Assembly: GCA_013265495.1 (NCBI GenBank)
Contig: MU058418.1
Location: 806,001 to 870,000, forward strand
Reading direction: 5' to 3'
Source of the DNA: Vicugna vicugna
Lineage: Eukaryota
Length of the DNA: 64,000 nucleotides
Shown: piece by piece, positions 25,845 through 38,700 of the stretch
Numbering within the stretch: the stretch's first letter is position 1
Layout: each line of letters starts with the position of its first letter
Program-made: the position numbers and the translations under genes
The notes under the pieces: model-generated
Database searches by the model: none
The model's input: only the letters and a program-made list of their open reading frames with translations
Told to the model about the DNA's origin: nothing

Positions 25845-27192
25845 TACTATGCATATATCTACAGCCAACTGATTTTTGACAAGGCTTTCCATTCAATGGA
25901 AAATGAATAGTCTCTTCAACAAATAGTATACGGACAATTGGATTTCCATGTGGAAAAGAATGAAGCTGGACCCCTACCTCACATCATATACAAAAACAAA
26001 TCAAAGACCAAAATGTAAGAACTAAAACCATAATTCTCTTACAAGAAAACAAAGAGGTAAATTTTCACGACCTTTGATTTGCCAGTGGATTCTTAGACAT
26101 GAGCCAATGGATTCTCAGACATGACAACAAAAACATTAGCATAGAAGAAAAAACAGATAAACTGGACTTCATCAAAATTAAAAACTTTTGTGCATCAAAG
26201 GATATAACCAAGAAAGTGAAAAGACAATCTATAGAATCAGAGAAAATATCTGCAAACCATACATCTAACTAGCAATTCATCTGGAATATATGAACTCCTA
26301 CAACTCAACAAGAAAAAGATAAGGAACTCAGTTTAAAAAATGGGCAAAGGATTTGAATGGACATTTCTCAAAAAAAGATATACAAATGGCCAGTAAGTGC
26401 ATAAAAATATGTTCAACCACATTAGCCATTAAGGAAACGCAAATCAAAACCATAATGAAATACCACTTCACACCTACTGTGATGGCTTTAATTTTTTTTA
26501 ATGGAAATTAAGAGTTGAAGAGGATGTACAAAATTGTAACCCATACAAACACAAACTGCTGTAAGAATGTAAAATAGTGCAGCCACTGTGGAAAACAGTT
26601 TGGCAAGCTCCTCAAAAAGCTAAGTGGAACTACCCTATGACCCAGGAACTTCACCCTAAGAATACACCCAAAAGAATTGAAAATAAGAATCCAAAAAGAC
26701 ATCTGTATGCCAATTTTCACTGCAGCATTATTCACAATAGATAAAGTATAGAAATAACCCACATGTTCATCAACAGATGAGTGGATAAAAATGTGATATA
26801 TCCTTACAAGGAAATATTATTCAGCCATAAAAAGAATGAAGTTCTGATACATGCTACAACACGGATAAATCCAGAAAACATTATCCTAAATGAAATAAGT
26901 TAAACACAAAAGGAAAAATATTGTATGATCTCACTTACATGAAATATCTAGAAAAGGCAGATTTACAGAGACAAGAAGTAGCTTAGAGTTTACCAGAGGC
27001 TGGAGGAAAGAGAGAATAAGGAGTTACTGCTTAATAGGTATAGAGTTTATTTGGGGTGATGAAAAATTTGGGAAATAGTGGTGATGGTTGCACAACATTG
27101 TGAACATAATTAACGCTAATGAACTGTACATTTAAAATGGTTAAAACTACAAGTGTTTTAAATATATATAACCACAATAAAAATTTAAAAAG
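25845..27192 (+). mobile_element. L1 (L1MB-like) ORF2 3' part and 3'UTR, degraded
   Basis: CAACTGATTTTTGACAAGG, GGACTTCATCAAAATTAAAAACTTTTGTGCATCAAAGGA, CAGCCATAAAAAGAATGAA, A-rich tail. Confidence 0.92.
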
Positions 27193-27960
27193 AAAAGTAA
27201 TATATCAAGTAATATCTCAAGTATGTCCCTTACCTTCGTATTGCCACCACCACTGCTCAGGCCCATATTATTTCTGGTCTGCTTCTCAATCTCTGCACTT
27301 TCTCATTCTATGAGATGTTATTGCATTAACTTGTATACAGCACAGTTACAAAGATATATTCTAAAATACTCAAAATGGCATACTAATAACCAAATCACAT
27401 ACGAACTCTTCAGCTGGACAAGTTTCTCCTCACATGACTTAAATCAAAATTTCTGGCCTTTTCTTACACTTTATCACTCTGTGAACTCTGCTGCAACTGA
27501 TTTCACTTGTACTTTGGACATGTTTCATGCTTTCCATCTCTACTTTTGCTCATGTGATTTCTTCTTTGCACCTTCCCCCGCCCCATTCCATCCATTAAAT
27601 CTTTTTCATCCTTTAACAGTCCAGTCAAAATCAACCTACTCTAAAGAAACTTTCCAGATCTCCAGATAACCCCGTATCACCCCATCTAGCAAACACTTTT
27701 ACCCAGCTAACTTCCACAGCACTTGTTTTCACTTCTCTTACATTTCCCAGATTATAAATTCTATCAAAAAAGACTACATTATATTTACACTGCCTTCATC
27801 TTTGTATTGTCTGCTGCTCCTAGTACAGACAAACAGTGAATGCTCAGAAAATAACTACTAGATTTAACAGGCAAAACTCTAAAGCAAAAAGACCTGCAAT
27901 CTACATGAGAAAATTCCTTCATCCATAAAAACATAATTCCAAAATGAAAGGAACATTTTA

Positions 27961-28895
27961 TGCTACTGGACCAATTCTGTGTTCACTTGCCTGCCACAAA
28001 GCAAAGCCAATTTACTGACACTGGGTTGTGAAGGAAAGTAATGTTCATTGCAGGCACCAAGCAAGGAGTACAGGCAGCTCATGCTCAAAAGACAGGAATT
28101 CCTCAATGGTTTTCAGGGAAACGTTTTTTTAAAGGCAACACTTGGTGGTGACAGCTACAGGATGCATGACTTTCTTCTGATCGGTTGGTAGTGAGGTAAC
28201 AGAGTGGTGTTTCCAGAATCTCAATCATTAACCTTCTGGTTCCAACCAGTCTGGGATCCTCTTGCTTGGGGGGGAGTGGGGGACCCTTAGTTCCCTTCAC
28301 TGTATATATAGCAAAGGAAACTATATTCAATACCTTTAAGGAAAAAGAACATGAAAATGAATATATATATGTTTTTATATATATATATATACATACACAC
28401 ACACACACACACACATATGTAACTGAACATTATGCTGTACACCAGAAACTGACACATTGTAACTGACTATACTTCAATACAATTAAAAAAATTTTTTTCT
28501 TTTAAGAGATCCTTCAGATCGTTCTGTATATCCCCTGAGCAGGAACTAGGACTGGTTTTATCCCTGAACTATTGTCATTAGTTTTCTCGTTGAATTGCTT
28601 TTCCTTTGTTTCTACATTCCCTCACTTCCCTACTGCCTATGCCTGCTCTTTGGAACTCAGGAAAGGCCTAGGAGACTAAAGCCTTTTTCTACAAACAAGA
28701 AATGGAGGGCACAGAAGGGCTTCTGTAACCAGGAGGGTCCTGCAGGGTCCTGCTCAGTTTCAATCCTTGTTTTCTTTGATATGCCTCAGTCTTGAGGGGA
28801 ACAAGTGTGGGACAAGAAAGGGAATAAAGTTTTGGGTAGACAGGTTAATCGCAAACTCAGCAGAGAAACTTGAGTTTTAGGGGGACTTGGTTTCA
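27961..28895 (-). mobile_element. ERV1-like solo LTR with nested L1 3' fragment (about 28300-28491, + strand)
   Basis: TG..CA termini (minus strand starts TGAAACCAAGTCCCC); LTR-type R/U5 sequence; the internal L1 tail has (TA)n(CA)n and TATACTTCAAT. Confidence 0.7.
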
Positions 28896-31809
28896 CTTAT
28901 TAAGAAAATGAACAATAATGCCTTTCAAACAAGCAAATGTGATGGTGAGACTGTAACGACATTTCTCATGAGTAAAATCTAGTAATAGGAAACATTTTTA
29001 TAAAAGGAAGTCCAAGTATAATATGGATTTATTTGTTATGACCTTCTTTATGTCTGAATAAAAACAGATGATTATGGGAATGAACATCTGAGAAAATGAA
29101 AATAAACCTATCTTTGTTTTTCAGGTTCTCCAGGATCAATCAAGAATGCAAGATGACTTTAAAATAAGAACAATTTTACATAATGCATTTACTAATCCAA
29201 TGTTTGCCACCATATCTATAAAGCCTAAATGTTGTGCTATAATTCATACTGCCAAGTTCCCATCTGGTTTCCTCTACTGGTGGGACTTAAGTGTATATAT
29301 GCTACATGTCTGATACCCTTTCTGTCCATACAAAAACACAGAGGGAATGACTTTACTTTAACGTGACTCAAACTACTCAAAATCTAAAATCTTAGGAAGA
29401 TGCTATGTTCTAAGTTAAACATGAACATTCATGAAATACACTTCTTTGGTCACAAAGCTGGTAATTAGCCAGTTTATTCTGTCAAAAAATCCACTCAACA
29501 AGAGGTTGAGATAATCAACTCTACTGTAATTAGACATCATCTAGATAAATTAAATCAGCAGAAAAGGCAAACATTTCATTTTAAATAAAAATATTCATCC
29601 CCATCCTTCCCCTGCACTCAGTCCCCAAACTGATAAAAGTTAATATGTTATTACTGGGTCAATCACCAAACAGATTTTGGAAGAGGAAGAGAAATAAATA
29701 AAGAAGAAATGAGTGAAAATCAAAATCTGAACTCCACTCTCTCATTCCCTCCATGGTTCTTAGATTCCATGAATAACCCATGCTATCTTAGAACTCTCTT
29801 TCAAACCTGCCCATTCCCCTATATCCTGACATCTCAAAGAACAATAAGCCTCTGAAATGAACTCCTTCTCCATGCAGTTTTTCCCCACCCAGTCCCCACC
29901 ACCTCCCACCGCACAGCCTTCCAAACTGTTTTCCACTCAATGCTCCACAAAAGCAAAACTGACCATGTAAATTACCTTACTTAAAAACTTCCACTGTTTA
30001 CCAAGTAACTTACAGGATAAAGTATAAACTACCTAAAATGGCTGATTTGCTCCTAAATGCCAATCACCTTAAACCTTTACACTTACTGGACATCTCCATG
30101 CTTTTGCATATGGTTTCCCCTACATCTGGAATGCATTTCTCCCACTTACCTTTCAAGACCTCCTCTACATGAAACACCCAAATCCCAAAACAGAATTATT
30201 CTCTCTTTTCTCCCAGACCACTTTCTACCTGTCATTTTAATACTTACTACAACATGTTATATTAATTATAGGAGGCAATACAAGGTAGTGGCTAAAAAGA
30301 GAAGCTTTAGCGTAAGGTAGATTTGGGTCCAACACTCAATCTTCCACCCAGTAGCAATATGGCTTTACGTAAGTTGGTTACCTCCTCCAGGGCTCAACTT
30401 CCTCATTAATAAAACTAGTATAACACATGAGTCTACCTCAAAGTGCTACTGTGAGTGCATTCAGCACTAGCCATCCTTGAGGCTAGTAAACATCCAACAA
30501 AGTAGCAGAGCTCAGATGAGGATCACAACTATCTGTCTCAGACTGGGTCTCCTCCCACAAGAGAAGGGACCATGTCTAAACTCATCCCCACAGGATGAAA
30601 AAGGGGATGCACACACCAAAATGTTTAATCACTTTTGGGTGATCTGGGAAACAAAACTACAAGCAATTTTTATTCTGCTCCTTTGTGCTTTTCTGCATTG
30701 AGTACACGCAACTTATTAAGAAAAAAAGCTATACACACTTAAAAATCTGACCTGTCACCTAGAAACAGCATCTAGCAAAAAGTATTATGCTCTATAAGTA
30801 TCTGAAAAAGAAGGAATTTCTAAAGTGCATTTAGTTTTATAAGCAAACATGTTTATATGCATTTATTTCTTTGCTTTTCATAATCACTTCTTGGGTAGAT
30901 AGGGCAGATTATTATTATTATCCCTAGAAAATGAGGCTGAGAATTCAGAAACAACTGAGTAGGGACTAGGCTGGAACTTTAAACCAAAACTTCTAACTTT
31001 TCAAATTTAGAGTTTTCTTACTTTACAACTAAGCACTAAAAGTGGGCTTCCACATACATTCCCAAGTTAGAGAGCTGAACCACTTGTATACTGTTTGAGA
31101 GGGAGCAAGCAAACAAGAATAAAGGAATGTAACTTTTTTTAAAGTTTCATTAATCTTTTCAAACAATGGGGAAAAAATCTGAGATAAGTACCAAATAAAA
31201 CTGTTCCAGAAAGTCTAAATAACCAGCAAAAACAGCAGGAGCTAACAGCCCCAACATGTGCCAGACACTGGTCTAAATGCTTTATATAAATCTAATTTAT
31301 TAATCTTTAATTCTATGAAACAGATAACTACTGTCTCTATTTTACAAATGAATAAACTAAAACACAGAGAAGTTAAATAACTTGCCTAAGATAACATAGA
31401 AATCAGTAGATTTTGGTTTCAAAACCAGGCAGTTTGGAAAAGTAAGATTAAGGAGTCAAAAAGCAAACAAACAAAAACTGGGTTAAAATATGATATATTT
31501 TATCTCAATTCAAAGTCTCTTTATTCCTTAACCTATGGAAAGAATAAAAGCTCTCTCTGGCTTATTTGAATTTCTAATAATTACAAGTAGTTATTTTCTC
31601 TTCTCAAATATCATGGTAAACCTGTTAATATTAAAGTTGGTTTAACAAATATATTCAGCTTTCAACTACAAGAACTTTACAACACCACTGTATAGTAAGT
31701 GCTTCTTAGCTTTGTAAAACGGAAAGGCTAAGCAGCAAAGAGCACATATTAAAAGAAAAATACCACCTCCCAAAATGACAACTCCAGCAAAAGACCACTA
31801 CCTACCTTA

Positions 31810-31986
31810 GCAACACTTCTCAAACCTAGCTACTATTTACAATCACATAGGGACCTTTTAAAAAAAACCAATACACAGCACACACTCCACACCAATTAAA
31901 TTAGGACATCTGGTGATGGGTCTAAGTGTTTTTTAAAAACTTCCCCCAAGTGACTCTAATGAAAAGCCAGGGTTTAGAACCACTAT
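31810..31986. mobile_element. MER5A1-like hAT-Charlie element
   Basis: CTTCTCAAAC..CCAGGGTTTAGAACCACT termini. Confidence 0.65.
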
Positions 31987-33743
31987 TCTAAGGAAGTATA
32001 AACCCTTCATATTATTACTTCAAATAGAGCCTTTCTCCATAATGGTCTTAAAAAGTATTCAGTCATCTTATTCAGCCAACTTGCAAACAACCAAGAGAGT
32101 AAAATAAGCAGCAGGACCCTTCAACTACTAAAAGAGGTACTAATTATAAGCACACTTAGCCCAATAGATTAGACAGAAATCAAGACAAAACGATTCCAAT
32201 AATAATGTTCTGGATAACAGAGTAACTTCAATTAACGTGTCAAATATGACAATGACCAAGTTATTTCTATTTTTCAAATCCTAGATTCTACAATCTGAAA
32301 TGGCCCCATGCTTTCTGATGGACTCAAGAGCCCAACAATTCCAAAAGAGCAACACTGAAAAAACTGTCAATCTTGAAGCCCCAAATGTGTCACCTTTTTA
32401 AAAAACTAAACAGATTACTTAAAAAACTAAACGATGACTACTTAAATTGAACTTTAAGACTGTATAATTTCTGGCAAATAAAATCGTTTTATGCTTTCAT
32501 ACAGAAGATACCCTTGAAGTCAAGATCGACATAAGAACTTTTAAAATCAAAATTATATGCCTACATTTTTGCTTTTGGCTACTTACAGTTTCACAGGAAA
32601 CTAAATAAGCTTCAAGATCAAATAACACCCTGTTGTGTTATTCAAAAATATTACAAAATTTTTCAAATTTTAGAAAGATAGTATAGTGTTTCTAACCTAA
32701 CAAGCCCTTAAGGATCCAATAATTCAACAAATTAGTATCTCAACAGCAAATTATGACTACTTTTTAAGTGAGATGAATAAAGACTGTAAGTAGCCTGCTG
32801 TCAGTACAAGTCACCAAATTATTTTCCTGAAAACATTTGAAAAAACTTTCTTTTTCAGAACTTTGTATGAATCTGTAATTCAAGACTTCTCTTTGATATT
32901 CAAGACATTTTAACTGGACTTCAGAAAAATCAATATGATTAAAAAAATCCTTTTAATACCACTGTAATTATAAAGAAACAACTCGTTATTATGGTGGATA
33001 CACACAAGAAGTCCAAGTGGTATCCACCAATTTTCATGATAATTAGAATAGCACTTAAGTATCCACCTTCATTTTCGTAATGCAATATGGGGCAAGACCA
33101 AAAACATCAATATGTGCACATTTACTGAGTAAGGTAAGCCTGAAGCAGAGAGCCAGAGGTAAAGAAGGGGCAAATGAACATCTAACTTCATATCTAGCAA
33201 TATGGAATCCACAGAGGACCTTGAAGCTAAGCAGACCGGTTTCTATCACATTGCAAAGTTACCTAAGCTGTCTAAACTCCAGTTTCTCCATGTAAAGATG
33301 GAGGTGATAACAGTATCTTACAGTTTTAAGAGGATTAAATAAAGTAACACTTGAAGTTGATGATTTATAGTCAATATTAATTTGCTACCACTTTTCCAAA
33401 GACTAACCAAATGCTGAAGGTGCTCAAGCATGACTTGCCTACAAGACATCAGACAAACTTTATAATGCAAAATCCATCATGAAAATATGATTTTCAAATT
33501 TCAAAAATCCAGTGTGGATTAAAATGACTAATTTCTGGAATCAGGGCAGCTTCTCAAAACACAATCTAACATCAACTATACTTCAATTTTAAAAAACTTT
33601 AAAAAAACTAAATAAAAAAAAACCCCACAATCTAACCATACCTACCTACTCTCCCAATACCCTTTTGTCTTTCACACAACCAACTTGCACACTCAAATGA
33701 GTGATTAGTGAAAATAAACTACCATAGTGAAAAGTGCACTGTT

Positions 33744-33865
33744 GGGGGACGGTATAGCTCAGTAATAGAGGTCCTGGGTTCAATCCCCAGTACCTCCATA
33801 TAAACAAACAAACAAACAAACAAACCTAATTACCTCCCCTCAAAACAAACAAACAAACAAATTTA
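33744..33865 (+). mobile_element. tRNA-Ala-derived SINE lacking the anticodon arm
   Basis: GGTATAGCTCAGTAATAGAG|GTCCTGGGTTCAATCCCCAG, (AAAC)n tail, TSD AAAAGTGCACT(G/C)TT at 33730-33743 and 33866-33879. Confidence 0.88.
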
Positions 33866-35365
33866 AAAAGTGCACTCTTTTAAGTAGAAATAAAATTACC
33901 AGAGTAACCTAGGTTTTGCAGATATGGAAAGCCATTGATGTTATTAAGACTATATCACTTATATATGATCACTGTCCAAAGAACCCAGATAAATTAAATA
34001 CACTCAGGAAAAGAAGGCACAACAGCCCAAAATCCAATTTTCATAAACTGTCCACTGAATAAGAAAACTGGAACTCTGGGCAGATTTTTGCATCTAATGG
34101 ATAAAATTATTGTCAAACGTACAAAAAGATGGAATCTTTTGTTATTATTTATCCTAAATTCAATTTAACTTAGTTCCATTATGTATCTCAAGAATTTTAC
34201 AGAGCACCGAATCACTCTTAAACCATAACAAGTTCTGAGTTGATTCAATGCTTCACTGTTAACAACTTCCCCCAGGTACATTATGTCACCCGGACAACCT
34301 AGACTCCCATCACACCCAACTTGAGACAATATATGTACTCAAGTTAGCATAGCTCTTGTGAAACAAAGCTTTTCCTAAATTTTATACTCAAAATCTGCTA
34401 GTTTCTGTTAATACTACCATACACAAGCTATTAGGGCTCTGCTGTTCCATCAGTTTTAAGAATATCACCTGCTATATGTGCAACAAATGGAGTCAAAACA
34501 CTACCCAAACATAAAATGCCTTAAAAAAGAATCCATGTAATTTTGTGTCCTAATCTGATGTTGTTTAACGTGAAAACAGAAAATTTAGAACTAAAAAAAG
34601 CAAATGGACCAGCTACCTCACAACTACCCACAAGATCAACTACCTACAAGACTTAATCCTTCCTTCATACTTGCACTTTTTCTGCCATAAACAGGAAACT
34701 CCAAAGAAAAGGAAATAGGGAAAAGCCTATTTTTTTGCTAAGGGGAATAAACGCATTGCTTCCAACCTCCACAGTGTGAGTGAACAAATGAAAAAGCAAT
34801 GGGGGAAAGGCACGGGGGGAGGGGCGGCAGGCAAGCTCAGTTGGGAAGTCTTATACATAACTCCCAGCTCAAACGGTGCCCAAAACATCTGTAACGACAG
34901 CTGCAACCGGGGGACGGGGGGGTGGGGGGACGAGGACCGTGGTGTGGGGGCTCGGAGTTGAGCCTGCACGCTTGGCTTCCTCCTCTACCAACTCTTCTCT
35001 CACCTCCCAATTCCCATCCTGCTCCCTCCATAAAGAAAAATACCCAATAAAACCGGAGGCAGAGAAGACAAAAGAGGCAGGAGGTGGCTGCAAGGAGCGT
35101 CCAGAACAACAGGGGAGAAGGTGCAAAGCGAAACTCCTGAGGCGGACAATGAAGAGGATGGAAAGGAGCCCGGGAGGCACCGAGAGAAACACCGCCGAGC
35201 CTGGGCCCCGCCAGCGGCGGACGCCTGGACGCGAGGCCCGGCCGCGCTGGCGGTATTACCCCCGGACCGGCGGGGAGGGCCGGGCCGGAGCGGGCGGGAG
35301 AGGCGCCGGCCGGAGGGGCCGGCAGGGCCTGCGCAAGTCCACGGGCAGCCGCCGGCGGCACTCAC

Positions 35366-35489
35366 CGGCATTCTGGTCTCGGGGCCAGAGGTAGTATGTG
35401 GCCGGGATCACGATGAGCCCCACGAAGGAGGTGAGGAAGTAGAAGAAGGTGTTCCCGCTGTCATCGTATTGGAACTGCTGCCCTGCCAT
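35366..35489 (-). CDS. SEC63: SEC63 coding exon 1 (start codon, TM1)
   Basis: GCCATGG Kozak; MAGQQFQYDDSGNTFFYFLTSFVGLIVIPATYYLWPRDQNA; donor G|GTGAG. Confidence 0.98.
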
Positions 35490-35672
35490 GGCACCCCCTC
35501 CTCCGCCTCCCTCTTCTCACCGCCGCCGCCACGACCCCGCTCTGCGCTCCGGCTCCCAGAGCCCCGGCCCCGTGTGGCGTAGGTCCTACGCCGCCGCCGC
35601 CGCCGCCTCTCCTCCCCGCCCCCACGCTACTCTCACGGACACGCCGCCGCCACCGCCGCTGCCGTCTCCAGC

Positions 35673-35682
35673 TCTCGCGAGA
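35673..35682. promoter_or_regulatory. TCTCGCGAGA palindrome (CGCG element; BANP/ZBTB33-associated motif)
   Basis: Exact 10-bp match 184 nt upstream of the ATG. Confidence 0.8.
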
Positions 35683-35753
35683 AGAGATACCTCCCGCCCC
35701 GCTCGGTTTTTCCCTCCCCCACGCCCGCCTCTCCCCTACATGCTCTCCGAGGG

Positions 35754-35762
35754 AGACGTGGC
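35754..35762 (+). promoter_or_regulatory. XBP1/UPRE-like site AGACGTGGC
   Basis: 7/8 match to UPRE TGACGTGG in the proximal promoter of an ER translocon gene. Confidence 0.55.
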
Positions 35763-38700
35763 GCGCGCAGCAGCCGAACTCCTAAAGGTCCCGCCCTTAG
35801 CCCTGCCCCCTTAGCCTCAACCCCGCCCCTCGAGCCTGGTAGTTCCTCCCTAAGGCTCCGCCCCTACCCCTAGAGTCCCTCCCCTTCCCTCCTCCGCTTC
35901 CTTTCCCAGGGTCCCACTCCCGATTCGATGGTGGGTTTACCGTGTCCCAGCCAAGGTTTCCCGACCAAGCAGTAGGCGCAGGCGATTTACTTGACTGCGG
36001 CTGGAGTCGCCGCTGTTCGAAGCAGAACAGAGGCTTCCTTGCCTCCTATGTTTCCCATCCCTACCTTACCCAGTCCTGCCCTCTTGCTTTTCTGTTTCCC
36101 TATTTGATACGAATGTTTCCTTAGGTTCCGGATCTGCTCCTCCACAGTTCGGAAACAAGAGTCAGTCAGAGTAGGGCAGCGCGAAGGGTTAGTGGGGTTG
36201 AGAGGGATGGTGAAGAGTTTTGCTGTAGTTTTGGGGTTTTTTTTTTTTTTGGCAAAGAAATGTTTGCTATTAAAAGACTGCGATCTACCTTGCGCCCATT
36301 TTGCAGATGGAGATTCCCCAAGCCGGTGGAGAAGGTGACCTCCCTATCCCAGAGCGAATAATATTTATAGCGTTTTCTTCGACACAGGCAGTAGACTAAG
36401 ACCTTTATTGCTTTAAATCATTAAATGGTCCGTGAACCCTTTAGAATAAATCAAAGCTTGCCCGCTCTCCAGATGAGGATGAGGCTCAGAGAGATTGCCT
36501 GAAGTCAAGCACAGTATGAGCAGATCTGGGGATTCAAATCCAGATCATGCTGACGCCACAACGCCAGTGCCCCTAACCGCCGCCTGGACATGGACCTTAA
36601 TTCAACATTTCCCTGAGAGCGTCTGGCACTCTCCCCGCAGTGTGTGGGCAGGAATCCGCCCTTCGGGGAAGGACGGCTGGAGGAGCAGTCGCTCTCGGTG
36701 GCCTCTCCCTTCGCTGGCTGTGAGATCCCAGAGGCCAGTGTCAGCTGAGCAGAGAGTGGAGAGGGCTGGCGCCCTGTTCTGAGAATGACCCCACGGCCCC
36801 GCGTCAGCCCTATTCCCCATGTCTCCATCTCCCCTTGGGGCACCAAAAGGAAATGCCCACCCGACTCACCTCATAGAGTGGTTGCGAAGATTAAAGGGAG
36901 TTGTGGTGAAAATGGTTTTCAAAGGGAGAACTATGTAATAAACAAATACTGCATATTACACTGTATTTTTTAAAACTCATTTTAAGACTATATAGTCTCT
37001 TTACTCGGTTCCTTTCAATATGTCTACTACTGTTAGAAGAGAAATCTCGTCACAGATCATCCTTTCTTTCATGTCCTCAAAAATAGTTTTTATCATAATC
37101 AGTGATGACTTCCTTCATAACAGAGTGTGTTCACATGTATTCCCTCTTCCCTTTCAAATATTTTACCTACCTATTTTGAAAGGAAATTTCAGAAAACCAT
37201 TTTACTGCATTTTCCTCCTCACTTTTTTCTGTATAAAGTTTTCAAACACTGTATTAGAGAGGAAAAATAAAACAGAGAAGTGAGGGGAAGAGGATTGGAC
37301 TATGAAGTCAGCACAGCATTTTGATCACCCAGTGCTGATATGGCCAAAACAATTAGCCTTGGTTCAGAAACAAATCAGTCATAAAACTGGCTCAACTGAA
37401 GTGGCTAGGATGATGAAGTTCCTTTTGTTTATGTGAATTTGTTATTAAGTCTTCCCAGGTTTTAATAATGCTGAATTGGTTATTTTTATTACTCTAATTA
37501 TACATTTTACTCAGCATTTGTATAAAGATAATACATCAGTTTTATAACCTTGTGTCAATATAAATTATTCATGATAAATATTCCCCTTCTGACTTTTTTT
37601 CTGCAGGAGTAATCTTTTCACTGCAGCTTTGGGTTATGCATATGAGTGGCTTGAACAGAACTGAACCATGAAATAAAATTTTGAACAAATCACATTTATT
37701 TGCTAAACTCCAGACCAATCTAAAATATGAATTTTAAAAATCAGATTGAAAGATTAAAGATTTGAAAATGTATCTTAAAGATGTGAAAAAGTTTAAACAC
37801 ATTTTGTCTTAGAACTAAACAGTACTGGTCGTAGATAAACTCAGATCACCCAAATATTCTCCAAAGTAAATCTGAACCATACCTTTAATTAATCACAATT
37901 TCTGACTCATGGTGATGTTTTTAAACTAATGCAATTGTTTCTTTCAACGTATCATTTTAATGAAATATTTAATAATAGTGAGTGAATATGGTAGAACCAG
38001 AGCTACAAACACTTTTTGTTCTTAGTCTAATCAAACATGTTAAAAGGCATTTTTGTATTTTGTCTGTATGCATCTATATAAGAGTATTTTAATCAATTTC
38101 ATATTAATTGCTAGGTAAGTATTTCCTCTCAAGTGTAGAAAGCCTGACTATTTTTTGGTTCCTCTTAATAATCTGCTTTTTCCTTAAAGTGAATCTTTTC
38201 TTCACAGCAAGTCATTCTCATAACTAAAATGTTGACTTATATTTATACATACTAAAATACCTGTGTGTAGCCATAATTAACAGTATTTAATTTTCTGCTT
38301 AATGGAATTAGCCTCAAAGAGACTGGAAAGCACCAAATTAATAAGCAAGTAAATGCCGTTATTTCCAGTCTTTTCCCTCCCTCCCTACTCAACAATAACT
38401 TTCACTGCTAGAACCTAGCAAATCATCTGTAATGTTATACCTCTTATTACTTTGTTTCAGTGTCAGGATTTTCCCCATTACGAGCTCAATCTGCTCTGAT
38501 GGAAATAATTCTTTTTTATTTGGTCTTAGGAGATGAAAAGTTACCCCATCATAATGACAACAGCAACATCAACAAAGAAACATATGTACGAATACTTATT
38601 ATTTACAAAAAGTTTCCTCAACATTATTCCATTTGAAATTTCAAAGCATGACCCCCATACTGGAACTTTGACCAGGTAAAAGGTACCAACCCATTGCAAT

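Larger units (their letters stand above)
471..35489 (-). other. SEC63: SEC63 gene span, coding exons 1-10 (partial; remaining exons lie beyond the left edge)
   Basis: Ten exons (124, 100, 115, 113, 62, 59, 51, 109, 95 and 133 nt) splice via GT-AG into one open frame MAGQQFQYDD...KIPETLEE matching the recalled mammalian SEC63 N-terminal 320 aa. Confidence 0.98.
34880..36020 (-). promoter_or_regulatory. SEC63: CpG-island promoter of SEC63 (several GC boxes, no evident TATA)
   Basis: Sharp GC/CpG enrichment over exon 1; CCGCCC boxes at about 35604, 35694, 35791, 35823 and 35858; (GGC)n in the 5'UTR. Confidence 0.93.

Noticed and set aside
27223..27669. 148-aa ORF
   Set aside because: Lies in decayed L2-like sequence, with no recognisable domain or splice support.
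34727..35814. Long P/G/R/A-rich ORFs on both strands
   Set aside because: Stop-codon depletion in a CpG island; only 35489-35366 is real coding sequence.
36495..36973. Several short ORFs upstream of the promoter
   Set aside because: GC-rich island shore with MIR fragments; no recognisable homology.
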